From: Chlorokybus atmophyticus | Lineage: Eukaryota; Plantae; Mesostigma and Chlorokybus algae | Assembly: GCA_009103225.1 (NCBI GenBank) | Contig: RHPI01002069.1 | Coordinates: 893,378-957,377, forward strand | DNA: 64,000 bases | Direction of reading: 5' to 3' | Shown here: positions 53,149 to 64,000 of the stretch, one piece after another | Position numbering within the stretch: the stretch's first letter is position 1 | Layout: the number at the start of each line of letters is the position of its first letter | The notes under the pieces: model-generated | What the model was told of the DNA's origin: nothing | The model's input: only the letters and a program-made list of their open reading frames with translations | Databases searched by the model: none | Translations under genes and position numbers: made by a program

Positions 53149-56100
53149 ATGGAAAGCCGTGAGACTTCCGAGTTGAAAGCTCTGAGCACGTTCGTGTCGG
53201 TGACCAACGCCGATCCGGACGTCGCCAGACGCATCCTGCAGGTCAGTGTGTTATGCCACTGCTGCCTGTCTGCCCCTTCTGTCAAAAAGGGCGTCGTGCC
53301 TTTGCTGGCTTCTGCAACTTAGATTGAGACAGGATTGACACCTCTCAGTGATTCCTCACAACGAGTGACGATTGTCTTGTAGATCTGGATTGTACTTGGT
53401 GCATGGAAAGCTGCCTGGTATTCGCTGATGGCTGTTGCTTGAGTGCCTCGTCATTTGCTTGTGGCAGTTGGACTAGTGCATGCCAAGTGTTACAACAGCA
53501 GTAGCATGGACAGCTCACATGAACACGGAAGGTTGTGTTGTGCACTAGTGCACTTGTGCAATGTTGTGTTAGCATGCAGATTTGTTTCTAACCGTGCGCA
53601 TGTTGCATACTTGACACGGTGTATTTCAGCTCTTTCGGCCGCCCTCGTGCGCGCTTTACTGTTTTATCTGTGCATATGGACGATGGCCTGTTACGTACCT
53701 CCGTGCACAGCCATCTCTTGAGACTGCTTGCGCACACACCAACAGCATCTTATGCCCATGGATGTTGCCCTCATGGAACTTGCACACCAAGTCTTTTTGC
53801 CTTGCAGGGCCATAACTGGGACCTGGACACGGCAATCAATCTGTACCTGGAGAATGACGGCAACATAGATACCATCCCACCAAGGTGCAAATCAGTCAAT
53901 CGTTTTTTACAGCAGCCTCTGCTTCTGCCGAGCAGCAGGTGTCTGATGTTGTAACATCGCTGCCATGCAGGGTGGTCGATTTGGAGGCTGAACAAGAGGA
54001 GGCTGGTTTTGGACCTGCGCCTAGTTTCGGCCCCGCGGCTCAGCCTCGAACAGTTCCGGCGTCTTCAACCCCACCCTACCACGTTGAAGTGCCGCATCCG
54101 GACACCGCAGCTAGCATGGATGCTGAACCCTCTGTACCCAGCAATACCAACATCGTGGATCTCACCGAGGAGGACAATGCGATAGAAGAAGAAATGCTGC
54201 AAGCTGCACTAAATGCGTCACGTGAAACAGAAGGTACCTGCATGTCTTCTTCCTTGATGCATGCATGTAGCAGCTGCATGCAGTGAACGGTAATGGGTAA
54301 CCTGCTGCTACAGCTCGCATGCATGTACTCTTTCAGTGTGCCATGTACATTCTTGTTTCAATATCAACTACTAAGCAGGCACAGTGCCCCAAGAAGGCCT
54401 GGCAGGACATGCGGATGACGAACTTGCCCAAGCCATTCAGCAGTCTTTGCAGGTTAGCCTCATACCTGTGTCGAATGCTGGGTATGCATGTGACTTGCTG
54501 TGTGCATGCTATACAAGGTTACTGCATGCGGCATTGATTTGTAAGCCTCTTTGGGTCATCTGCCTATCAATTGTGCTGGTACATGGTTGGCGTATCTATA
54601 CCACACAGTAGGTTTGAGTGTTGATAGGGTGGTTTACACATCTGCCAGCAGTACCAATGCTTTATGGACCGTGCAGCAGGAGCAGTTGGGTGCCGGTGAT
54701 AGTGCAGAGGACCTGATCGCAGAGCCCGCTGCTGCCGCCGAACTATCAGCACCGGCCACTCAAAGCGGCGGACAACGACAGATGAGTAGCGTGCGCTGGC
54801 GGCCACTACCAGTCGCGCATCTGGGTCCAGTGGAGCAGCGTTCACGGGCGACAGGTGGCCTTTGGGGTGATCATCAGGACGTTGCCGAAAATGGTGCAGT
54901 TAGGCCACTCCCTTCACGCCGTCCAGACCCGAGCAGACCTCTGTTTACGCAAGAGCACGACGCAGCAGCGCGCAGAGGCCGCGCGCGCCGCAACATGGAT
55001 ATTGAGCGCGCCCTCCCAAGCAGTCTGCCTGAACGTTCAAGCTTTCAGGACATGAGTGATGATGATAATGACGATCACGATGATGAAGCCGTGCCCAGTT
55101 ACGCGCATCATGGGCGCGGACGAAGACCAGCATGGCAAAGGCTTCCCCAGTTTGCGAATGGCGCGGCGCAGTCTGATGAAGATGGGGATGCCCCGGGACC
55201 AGCGCCCAACCCGGTAAGCTCCTTTGCAGCCAACCGTATTCCAGTGTTGTGCATGTACAGATGAACTGACCTCGCTTCCACATGTGCAATAGTTGGAGTT
55301 TCCATCGCTCTCATCTGCTGAGCAAGAAGAGGCTGCCATGCTGGAAGCTGCGCTGTTTGGCACCGCGTACCGGCCACCAGCTGGTCATCCATACTGGAGG
55401 CTAGGAGCGGCAGCGGGCGCCAACTCCCATTCTCCGCCTTCCTCCAGTTTGCTGGCTGAGCGAGAGATTCGACAAGAACAGGTGAGTTAAAGAGGGAGGA
55501 TGGCTTTCAGTGTTTGTTGCACTGTGTCATGACCACTTGTCTGCACATCTTGGATGCACTCAGCAGCGGATTATTTGAACGGTTGTTGTTTCCAGGATGA
55601 TGCATACCAGCAGTCGCTTGCAGCGGACCGTGCCAAAGCAAGGGCAGCAGAACAAGCGCAACAAGAAGTACGCAGGGCAGAAGAACAAGCGCGGGCAGAG
55701 TCAGAGGCTGAAGCACAGCGCCTGCAACAAGAGGAAGAGGTATGCCACCAAAAACGCATCGAGGTGGTGTCCAAAGAAATCCAAGGCACCTGTGTTGTAG
55801 TACTTCCACCATAATAGCGTCGCTGTCCGTATGCCTTGTGTCGGCTGCTTGAAGCTTGTTTTGCCTATTCAGGAGTTGAGACAGCAGATGCTTACCAAAT
55901 CCCAACGGTTGTCCAAGCACGGAGAGCCAGATGCATCTGCTCTGGGTGCTGTAAGGCTGTTGGTTCGCATGCCAGATGGAAGTAGGTTGGAAAGGCGCTT
56001 TTTGCGCGACGAGCCTTTGCAGGTAGATCGCTACTTGCACGTGCTTCTGTACTGGGATTGAGCCCGCCATGGTGTGGGATGCGGCTGGTGATTAAGCCCA

Positions 56101-56385
56101 TTTGTTTGGCAGCTTCTCTTCGACTTCATTGATGTTGCGGGAAGTGTCAAGCCAGGAACATATCAATTGGTAAGCGCTTGTGTGAATTCGCTTCACATCT
56201 TGTCGCACTATTTGTATGCAGTCATGCACCACGCATTGCCACATACCTTTGGTAATCCTAACGGCTGCAGTCGCCAGGTGACCAGATTCCCACGCAAAGT
56301 CTTTGCTGACGGTGCGACTGCCCAAAGCTTCCAAGATGCTGGTCTCTCTGGCAAGCAGGAGGCGCTGTTTCTAGAGTTGTTGTAG
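53149..56385 (+). CDS. UBX-domain p97/CDC48 adaptor (UBA-UIM-coiled coil-UBX; plant PUX8/9/13-like, multi-exon)
   Basis: TFVSVTNADPDVARRILQGHNWDLDTAINLY (UBA); EEEMLQAALNAS and DDELAQAIQQSL (UIM); REIRQEQDDAYQQSLAADRAK; VRLLVRMPDGSRLERRF; QFPRKVF; EALFLE. Confidence 0.9.
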
Positions 56386-59193
56386 GTAATGCACGTGCTG
56401 TCTCTTGTTGAAAGGCAGTCCACCCGCGTCAGAAGTGTTGCAAGGATGTCACATGTTTATGGAGTGTAGCTTTGCTTGCCGGTTGATGGCACCAAATGTG
56501 GGGGAGGCTGCACATGTAGAGATTCTGATTGTGGCAGGCAGGGGAAGGAAGCTGTTGAAATAATCCTCTAGCTTAGTGGTGAATGTGCAATCGCGGACAA
56601 GCATGCGCACGCACATGCACTGCGAGCGCACGCCCGCACACCCATGCAGGCATGCGCCCCAGTGGCAGTTGTTAAAGATGCTGGTCTGGTGTGGGCGGCT
56701 GGTGCAGGTGCGATTGCTGTCAACAATGTTCGCGCTTTGCACACAAGCACTAGCACTCTCTTGTACAATGCGGCGTGCGTATACTCGTGCATTTGACATG
56801 CAAGAGGGTGACCAACATTCAATGAGATGTGTTCTTGTGAGTACTGTGCGAGCATGTTTGCCTGGTGGTTTGTTCACAGTAATAGTATAGCGTAGCTAAG
56901 TAGCCATAGAATTAGCCCGGTGATGAATTTTATGAATTGTGATTGCTGGTGATGATGCATGCCATCCACATCCACATTCTTCGCACCCCGTGCACAAGGT
57001 ACGAGTCCTAAAGCAAAGAAGCAGTCCAAGTGCACACAACAAGTAGCACCACAAACAAACTAGCCACAAAGATCAAGACAGCCAATAACAACTGTTCAAT
57101 TATGACAGGGGCTTTACAACTATGTGCACTACATGCGCTATGTGCTCCAGGCGGGGCGGTAGGATGCAATGGCGGTAGGATGCAAGCAGCAAGGCAGAAG
57201 CAACCATCCAAGTAACCTGGGCACATAGGCACAGGCGCAAGGTAAGATTCTCAGGAGAGCGGTGTAGCAGCAACAGCAAGGTGAGGGAGCAGGGCGTGGA
57301 GGCGGGAGTGCTGTGCGTTGAAGTGCCTGCATGCATGTTGGCACACTAACATACCCCTTATATACACCCGCTCGCATGCATGCATGTGCATGCATTGCCG
57401 TAGTCCTTGCTTTTACACACCCTTGGGCGCAGACCCCGCAATGCTAGGTGGTGCAGCATGAAGGTGCTTGAGTGTGGCGGCAAGTTGTGCAGGTGTGAGG
57501 AAGTTTTTAAATAATGTGTGCGTTTGTTACACGCACACGCTGGGTGTGCACGTTTGCTTGTTTGCTTGCTGGCTTGCTGGCTGACACTATCAAACGCATG
57601 CATGCATTGACCCTTGTCACACGCATGTGCGATTGCCTTCCGCATTATCTGTACATGTGCACATGCATCGCGTGTGCAATATTTGTTTGTTGGTTAATTA
57701 AAGTGCGCGTGCACCCACTTGGGTGGACACGCGCGTGCACACATGCATGCAAACCATGTGAGCACGCAATTCACCACTTAAAAGGCATGCCGAGCAGTTA
57801 CATATTTCAGTAACACTTGTACACAAGGGGCGCTGCTTGACAGGTGGGGAGGCGCCGCTCTCTGTAACATTGCCTTGCACAGCCCAGCGTGCTGCTGAAG
57901 GGCTTAGCACACTGGTATCTACTATACAATGTGACAAAAACTTGTTGCCTTGCCACGACAGCCACCCCTCTAACCTCACCCTAGCCTCACCTTGCTAATC
58001 TGTTTGCCGCACTGCTTGAAGGTTGGGTCATGCCGCGAATGTTGCCCTTGAGTATCTGTAGGGTGTGGGGTGTACAATGTGTATAGCGTAAATGCGCAGC
58101 GTACCCTAGCATTCATTAAATTCTCAACAAACATGCACGCTGGTAGTAGAGAGAGCAGGCATGCAGAGTCAGCTTGAACTACACCCAGGGCCCTTTGCCT
58201 CTGAGCCCCCCAAGTCATGGAATTCGAAGGGCCCTTGCTATAGTTGCATGTGGGCATTCCAGATTGACCTACGTCTTTGCCATTGACATTCAGTGTGTGC
58301 TGACGCCTGTTCAGGCGCTCATGCCCGACCTCTCAACCTCTTCGAGAACGAGATTATCGACATGGTGTGACTATACGGAGTTGCTATATATATGTGCGGG
58401 GGTTCAGGTCTGCATCGCGTAGGCAAACAACCTAAAGATGACGCGGAGGGGTTGGAAGTGGTTATACTAGGGCGAAGGCGAAGTAGGAGGCGGAGGCAAA
58501 GCTGTGTTGCTAACCTTATACTTCTCGTTGCCTGTCCCGCCGTACTTGCTATGTTAATGTGCTTATAGCTAGCGTGCGTACGCATGCAAGCAAGGTGATT
58601 TGCAAGGAACAAACACAAACAACTATACATTTTTGCGCATGATATCTGACACGATTCCGCATCAAACTTGATGAAAACAGTACGGTGTTCAACGGTGTTC
58701 AAGTTGCTTACAACCTTAGATACAAAGCGTATACACATTACTGCAAAAACTAAGCCTACAACAGATTAGCAGGTTAAAACCCCGACGTATTTAAAAAATA
58801 AGAGACCCTACATGCAAGCATGCATGCTGTCACGAATTGGGATAAATTGTGACAGACCTCACTCATGGTAGTGTCTTTTACTACCATAGCCTAGTGGTCG
58901 GGCCCCATTGTTACACATGCATGTAGGTTGCTAAGTCATGTACAACTTGCACGTGACATGCACTTTACGAAGCGCTAATATTTGTATAATTTGTATAATA
59001 TTGTAGGCGCTTCACTTGGTGCTTGATTATGTGATAGCGGGAAATTGCATGTTGCTACATCAGCGATGTGATATTTTACAATACACAGAAATCATTTAAC
59101 ATCAACTTTTATGCGTCTATAGCAATTAAAAATGCCATCCCTCTATCGAGTTTTGGGCTGCAATTGAACTGCTTTTATTTCATGATCCGTATA

Positions 59194-59381
59194 CCGTAGT
59201 GTCGCAAAATCTTTGTTGAGGAAATAACTCTAGTAGTGCACTTTATCTACCAAATAAGCGGCCGCCGATTTTATGTACGGTATTCCACTGATTAATCACT
59301 ATAGTACTTGCGCAGGGTTATGACGAAAATTATACTAACTTTCGAGCTGCCGCAAAATACGAAGATTTTGCAAACCTAAGG
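59194..59381. mobile_element. possible degenerate TA-flanked MITE (~190 bp)
   Basis: Imperfect TIR CCGTAGTGTCGCAAAATCTT vs CCTTAGGTTTGCAAAATCTT (reverse complement of the right end), TA on both sides, AT-rich interior. Confidence 0.35.
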
Positions 59382-60028
59382 TATTACAAACTGTAATACT
59401 GTAATTTATTGTACACTTCATGCGTATCATTGTAAACATGAGCAAAGCATAAAAGGAGCAGCAAAGAACATCACAATTTCACTGATAGCAGCCCGTTGGT
59501 GCCACGGGTCCCTACACTATCGGCATACAAGTAAACGACAACAAGTGGGTTTTAAGCTTGGGTTTTAAGCTTTTTAGCTTTTACTCAGAGGCCAATCACC
59601 TGCGACAAGGCCTACAGCCCCCCCGCCTGTCATAAATCATCGCACATCATGACCACCACTCATTTCCGTTTTCCTGAAGTGCCGGTTCAAATGCAATTCG
59701 ATTTTTCAAAAAGAGGCGCCACACAGCGGGTTTGCAAAAAGTCCCCAGCTACTGAACCGGCATGCATGATGCAAGGGGCGTGGCTGCGAGTTTTAGGCGA
59801 GGCCTTGTCGTGAACAAGGCCAAAAGGCTTCTAGTTTAATAACATTGCCACGGGAGTTATTGGCAGGTGGTGGCGGTGGCGGTGGCGGCAACTTGTGTGC
59901 ATGTGTGAGATAGAGGGAGTGTGTGGGTGCGCTAGTGTGTGAGTCTGTGTGCACAGACGAAGGTGGTAGAGAGAGTTTGACACCATACGAGGACCACTGG
60001 TTCCTGTCTCTCAGCGCTGTTGTTGACG

Positions 60029-62596
60029 ATGATGAGAGGCACGCACACTTCAGCATGGCGCACCTGTGCCCTGGGAACTTCAATTCTCCTCCTCCTTGCT
60101 GCTTCCACCGCCGCTGAACCCAACCCCCTCTCCCCTTCCCCTCCTTCCCCTCCTTCCCTCGACCAGCCCGCTCCTTCCCACGTGGTCCAGGCGGCGGTGG
60201 ACCTCCTTCTCCAGGACGAGCAGGTGCAGTCTGTCCGCGAGGCTTGCTACGCCGTGGAGGAGGCCAAGAAGGAGTCCACTTCATCAGCTTGGCCTTGGGG
60301 TTTGGCGATGCAGTGCGAGAGGGCGCCGCCGTGCGTGCCCATGGAGTTTTTGCACAGCGGGGAGCTGGCGCATGACTATGTGGAGTGCGCGGCGAGACCG
60401 ACACTCGCTGATTGGTGAGAGAGGGAGAGGATGCATGGCACGTGTCGACGCAGTGCGCCCATGCATTCAGTGCATGCATGCGTGGTTGAGACAGCTTGAG
60501 TTGAGGATGGGGTTGTGGTTTGATACTAGCATGCCCGTGGTTGCGTGCGAATGCTTGCTGACTAATGACTACGATTCTCTCTTCTGTAGCGAATGTATGT
60601 GTCTCTATGGTTCTTTCCTGTTGCATGCACGAGCAATGTGCACGCATGCAATACCACTCGCATGCATGCGAAGCAGGTAATGGGTTTGCTCCTGCATCGC
60701 TGATGCGATGATCGATCATCATCATGCGCAGGCCGACATGGGACCCTTACCAGGACTGGCTGGCCGAGGGCATGCACACGACGATGGCGCGTGTGGCCGA
60801 GGCCATCGGCAACAAGACGGTGCTGTTTGTCGGCGACTCCATAATGTACCAGGTACTATGCACATCATAAAGTGCTGCAGGTGGGGCGTTGAGAGCAGAG
60901 TGAGATATTGACTATTGACGGGTTTTATGTATTTATTTATCTTGTGGGCAGGCATACAGTGCGCTGATGTGCGGGCTGGCACGCGCGGGCGAGCTGGGCT
61001 TCGACCCGCGGGCTGAACCTTTGCACTTGTTGGTGCCAAAGCTTGGCGCCTCATTTGGCCAGGTAAGGGGAGGAGTTAGTAGGGATTGGTCACACTATGG
61101 CATTGCTGCCGTTTATGTTATTATATGTCTCTCGTGGCTGCGCGCAATGTATTGATGTGTTGTCCATGTGTTGCGATGATGGAGCAGGCGCAGGCGGCTC
61201 CCAAGTACGGGACGCTGTTCGTGTTTGCGCGGATGAGCGTGTACTCCGAGGCCACGCTTGGGTGGCTGCTGGAACTAGCCGACGTCGCCGTCATCAACTA
61301 CGGCCTCCACTACAATGTCCGTATACGCAAGCCCGTGTCCAGTTCTACCGCAGTGTGTTGTAACGCAATGCCGTGTTGTATCTCTCAGATGAACAACAAG
61401 GACGAGTATGTCGCGGACATGGCGACTCTTGGCCAGCAGATGCAAGCGTTCGTGGATCAGCCGGGCAAAGCCGCCATCATCCGGGGACTCAGGTAGAACC
61501 ATGGTGATGACAACGGTGATGGTGGTGGTACTCATGATAGTGTGGTGTGGTTTGGATTCAGCGCTCAGCACTTCCCGCATTCTGGCGCGTGGAACGCCTC
61601 CGACCCGTCGCACAAGACCAACTGCACGTGCAACCGCATGGAGCCGGCCTCGGTAATTGGCAACCACGTGGCCTGGCAGGATGGGCTGCTGAGAGAGGTA
61701 ACATAACCGCAGCTCTCAGCAAGTGTGCAAGCATACACATACTCATCATCACACGCGCGCACACCCACATTTACAAATGTGGGTGTGCGCACGCACGTGC
61801 ATGTCCACGCACAAGTGTGCCCACACGCAGGTCCTCTCCCGCTCGCGCTCCCGCACGCACGCACACATGGACACATACGCATCACTCCTCTTTCCTCGTG
61901 CGCAGGTTGTGTCCAACCATTCGGGTCTCCTTTTCCTGCCGCTGTACGACCTGACGGCGGTGCGCTTCGACATGCACCTGCAGGCGTGCTCAAGCGCGTT
62001 CGTGCCTGACCCCGCAACACCCGGCTGCTGCGACTGTGAGTGCGCTTGCATTGCTTTTCAACTTGCTGTTGTGCTAGCTCTCATAAACGCTGGCTGAGAC
62101 TTGTTGTGTTGCTGGCGCAGGCACGCATTACTGCTACACTCCAGGTCAGTTGCCCCAGTTTGCGGTTGTGTGTGAGAACTCCATAAATGTAGTAAATGCA
62201 GTACGCAAATCAGCCATGACAGAGACAAACTTGATGTTGCGATGTCAAAAATGATGACGTATTGTTGTTCTCACGTACGCACATCATTCCACTGACCTTT
62301 GCATTCGTGCATCAGCTCTATGGGACCTGTTTGCCGGAAGGTTGCTGCAAGCGGTTTCCAGGTGCGTGCGTGCGTATTGCATTGAGTCTTTATTCGTAAT
62401 GTCACAACTTGTTGCAGCATGAGGCTTTGCCCTGACTCTGCCCTGATGCTTGTTGCGGTGGGCGCGCAGCACCTTGGCGTGCACGTCGCGACAGTGCGCG
62501 GACACGAACGTGTTGACAAAGGCGCCCACGGACGTGGTCGACCACTTCAGAGAGCGGCGCTTCATGGCGCGCCTCAGCTACATCCACAACCCGTGA
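60029..62596 (+). CDS. trichome-birefringence-like / PC-esterase (SGNH) polysaccharide O-acetyltransferase-like protein (multi-exon)
   Basis: Hydrophobic N-terminal segment and Pro/Ser linker; NKTVLFVGDSIMYQ (GDS); INYGLHYN; SAQHFPHSGAW; DCTHYCYTP (DxxH) across an intron; last exon inferred from splice phase. Confidence 0.8.
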
Positions 62597-63532
62597 TGGA
62601 TGCAAAACCAGACCCACCCAACCTGTCTTGCACCTGTTGAACCTCATAACGCACCTGTCGACTAGCTAGGAGTTGCGATAAGGCGCATATGCGTAAGTGC
62701 ACGAGCGCACATACTACCACATAGTATTATACTAACCCGAGGTAAACGCTGAAGCAATGCCATGGCATACTCTGCAAGTGCTCATGCATTTGGACTGGCT
62801 CAAAGTCGTGGTATGTTGTGGTACCGTGCTCTCCACCCCAACCACAGCCATAGCCATCCCCAAAAAGCCCACACACCCAACCCTGATCACCTGAGGTAGA
62901 AGTAGCGCCACAGTCAACAAGTTACCGTGTGTCCGCCTGCCCTTTGCACCACCTACATGTGCATAGTTCTTCATTGTTATATCAAAGTCAAGTGCTCTGT
63001 GACCTATGGTACCACCAAACCGTAGCAATTAAGCTCCAGGAGGAAGCCGCAAATGAGAACGAAACTCGCGCAGACTGGATGGGAATGACTGCGTCATTGT
63101 CCTTCGTGTAATGTGATGCAATAGTGTTGAACACATCGCAAAATCGCGCGATTGAAACCCAATGTACTTGCCGGATTTTGCGCAGTGCGGCAATGTGATA
63201 ACTTTGAGTCACATACGACTTCTAGTGCGTACTGTTGGTCCTGGCATACGCAGCGCCTCTGGATGCACGCGAGTCAGCCTCAGCGCAAGTGACTGACAAT
63301 GAATGTCCACAATCGCATTTTGTATATGCAATATCGAGCAAAATATTGTATGTTGACAAACCATTGTGTCTTGTCATATTGTGCAAGAAGCAAAACAGCA
63401 GCGTGCACCACACAAGAGCAGAGACATCCCACACACGTCTGTTCACGGCTGATGATGGCACTGACAATCACAATGAAGCATCCATACCGATGCCAAGCAC
63501 ACAGGAGCCCACACTATTCGCTCCAACACACG

Positions 63533-64000
63533 TCACGTTCCTTCGCACTGCCCGTCACGGTCATACTGCAGCTCCCATATCTTGATCACGCCGTCATCAC
63601 CCGCAGACGCGAGCACCCGCGGGTCTTTCGGATGCCAACGCACGCAGTTCACGTCACCCTCGTGGGCAGACACCCGTGTTGCCACAAGCGCACAACACGA
63701 TGAAGAAGAAGAAGAAGGAGGAGAAGAAGAGGGTGAGGAGGTGGTCACTTCTTCTTCTTGTTGTCGCTCACGGAACACGCGGACGGTGTTGTCCCCGGCA
63801 GCGGATGCGATGAGGTTGTCCCGCGACCAGTCGACGGAGAAGATGGTGCGCGTGTGTTCATCCACCACAACGCCACGCTTGCGCCATCGCGCTTGTTGCT
63901 GGTCGGAGAAGTCGTTGTTGTTGCTGTTGTTGGGGTCGCGGGACCAGATGATGACGGACTTGTCGTCACTGCACGAGACGAAGCGCTGCGCGTCCGGCGC
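63533..64000 (-). CDS. CIA1: 3' end of cytosolic Fe-S assembly WD40 protein CIA1/CIAO1 (truncated by the window edge)
   Basis: FVSCSDDKSVIIW; HTRTIFSVDWS; IASAAGDNTVRVFRE; AHEGDVNCVRWHP; LASAGDDGVIKIW. Confidence 0.9.
   Translation of the reverse strand, partial: APDAQRFVSCSDDKSVIIWSRDPNNSNNNDFSDQQQARWRKRGVVVDEHTRTIFSVDWSRDNLIASAAGDNTVRVFRERQQEEEVTTSSPSSSPPSSSSSSCCALVATRVSAHEGDVNCVRWHPKDPRVLASAGDDGVIKIWELQYDRDGQCEGT

Noticed and set aside
49188-64000. ABCE1 and CIA1 as an Fe-S client/assembly cluster
   Set aside because: About 11 kb apart with unrelated genes between; both are housekeeping genes, so proximity is plausibly chance.
63533-64000. Intronless CIA1 stretch as a retrocopy
   Set aside because: Only 468 bp are visible, and long terminal exons occur elsewhere in the window (ICL exon 3 is 798 bp).

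Overview
Eukaryotic nuclear DNA from an intron-rich green alga (chlorophyte or early streptophyte, inferred from plant-like orthologues and short GT-AG introns). The window opens in the 3' half of a decayed Ty3/gypsy chromovirus with its 3' LTR. Directly after it is a frameshifted HUH-endonuclease (Rep) relic that runs in frame into a CCHC zinc knuckle, resembling a Replitron or CRESS element. Recognisable spliced genes, in order: Zn-dependent alcohol dehydrogenase, amidinotransferase/CtlX-like pentein, RCC1-repeat protein, APC13, SAP30BP, glyoxylate reductase GLYR, XEG113-like GT77 arabinosyltransferase, malate synthase, isocitrate lyase, MnmM-like methyltransferase, ABCE1/RLI1, UBA-UIM-UBX protein, TBL/PC-esterase and the 3' end of CIA1. 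The strongest signal is that the two glyoxylate-cycle-specific genes (malate synthase and a short bacterial-type isocitrate lyase) are head-to-head about 1.4 kb apart, with a glyoxylate reductase about 6 kb away. Other elements are a solo LTR with a 5-bp TSD, a TA-flanked MITE, microsatellites, a recurrent 12-mer (TAGCCCGGTGGT) found only in 3' flanks, a dispersed 35-bp repeat and several short palindromes. All calls come from manual motif reading with no database searches, and gene boundaries marked uncertain are approximate.
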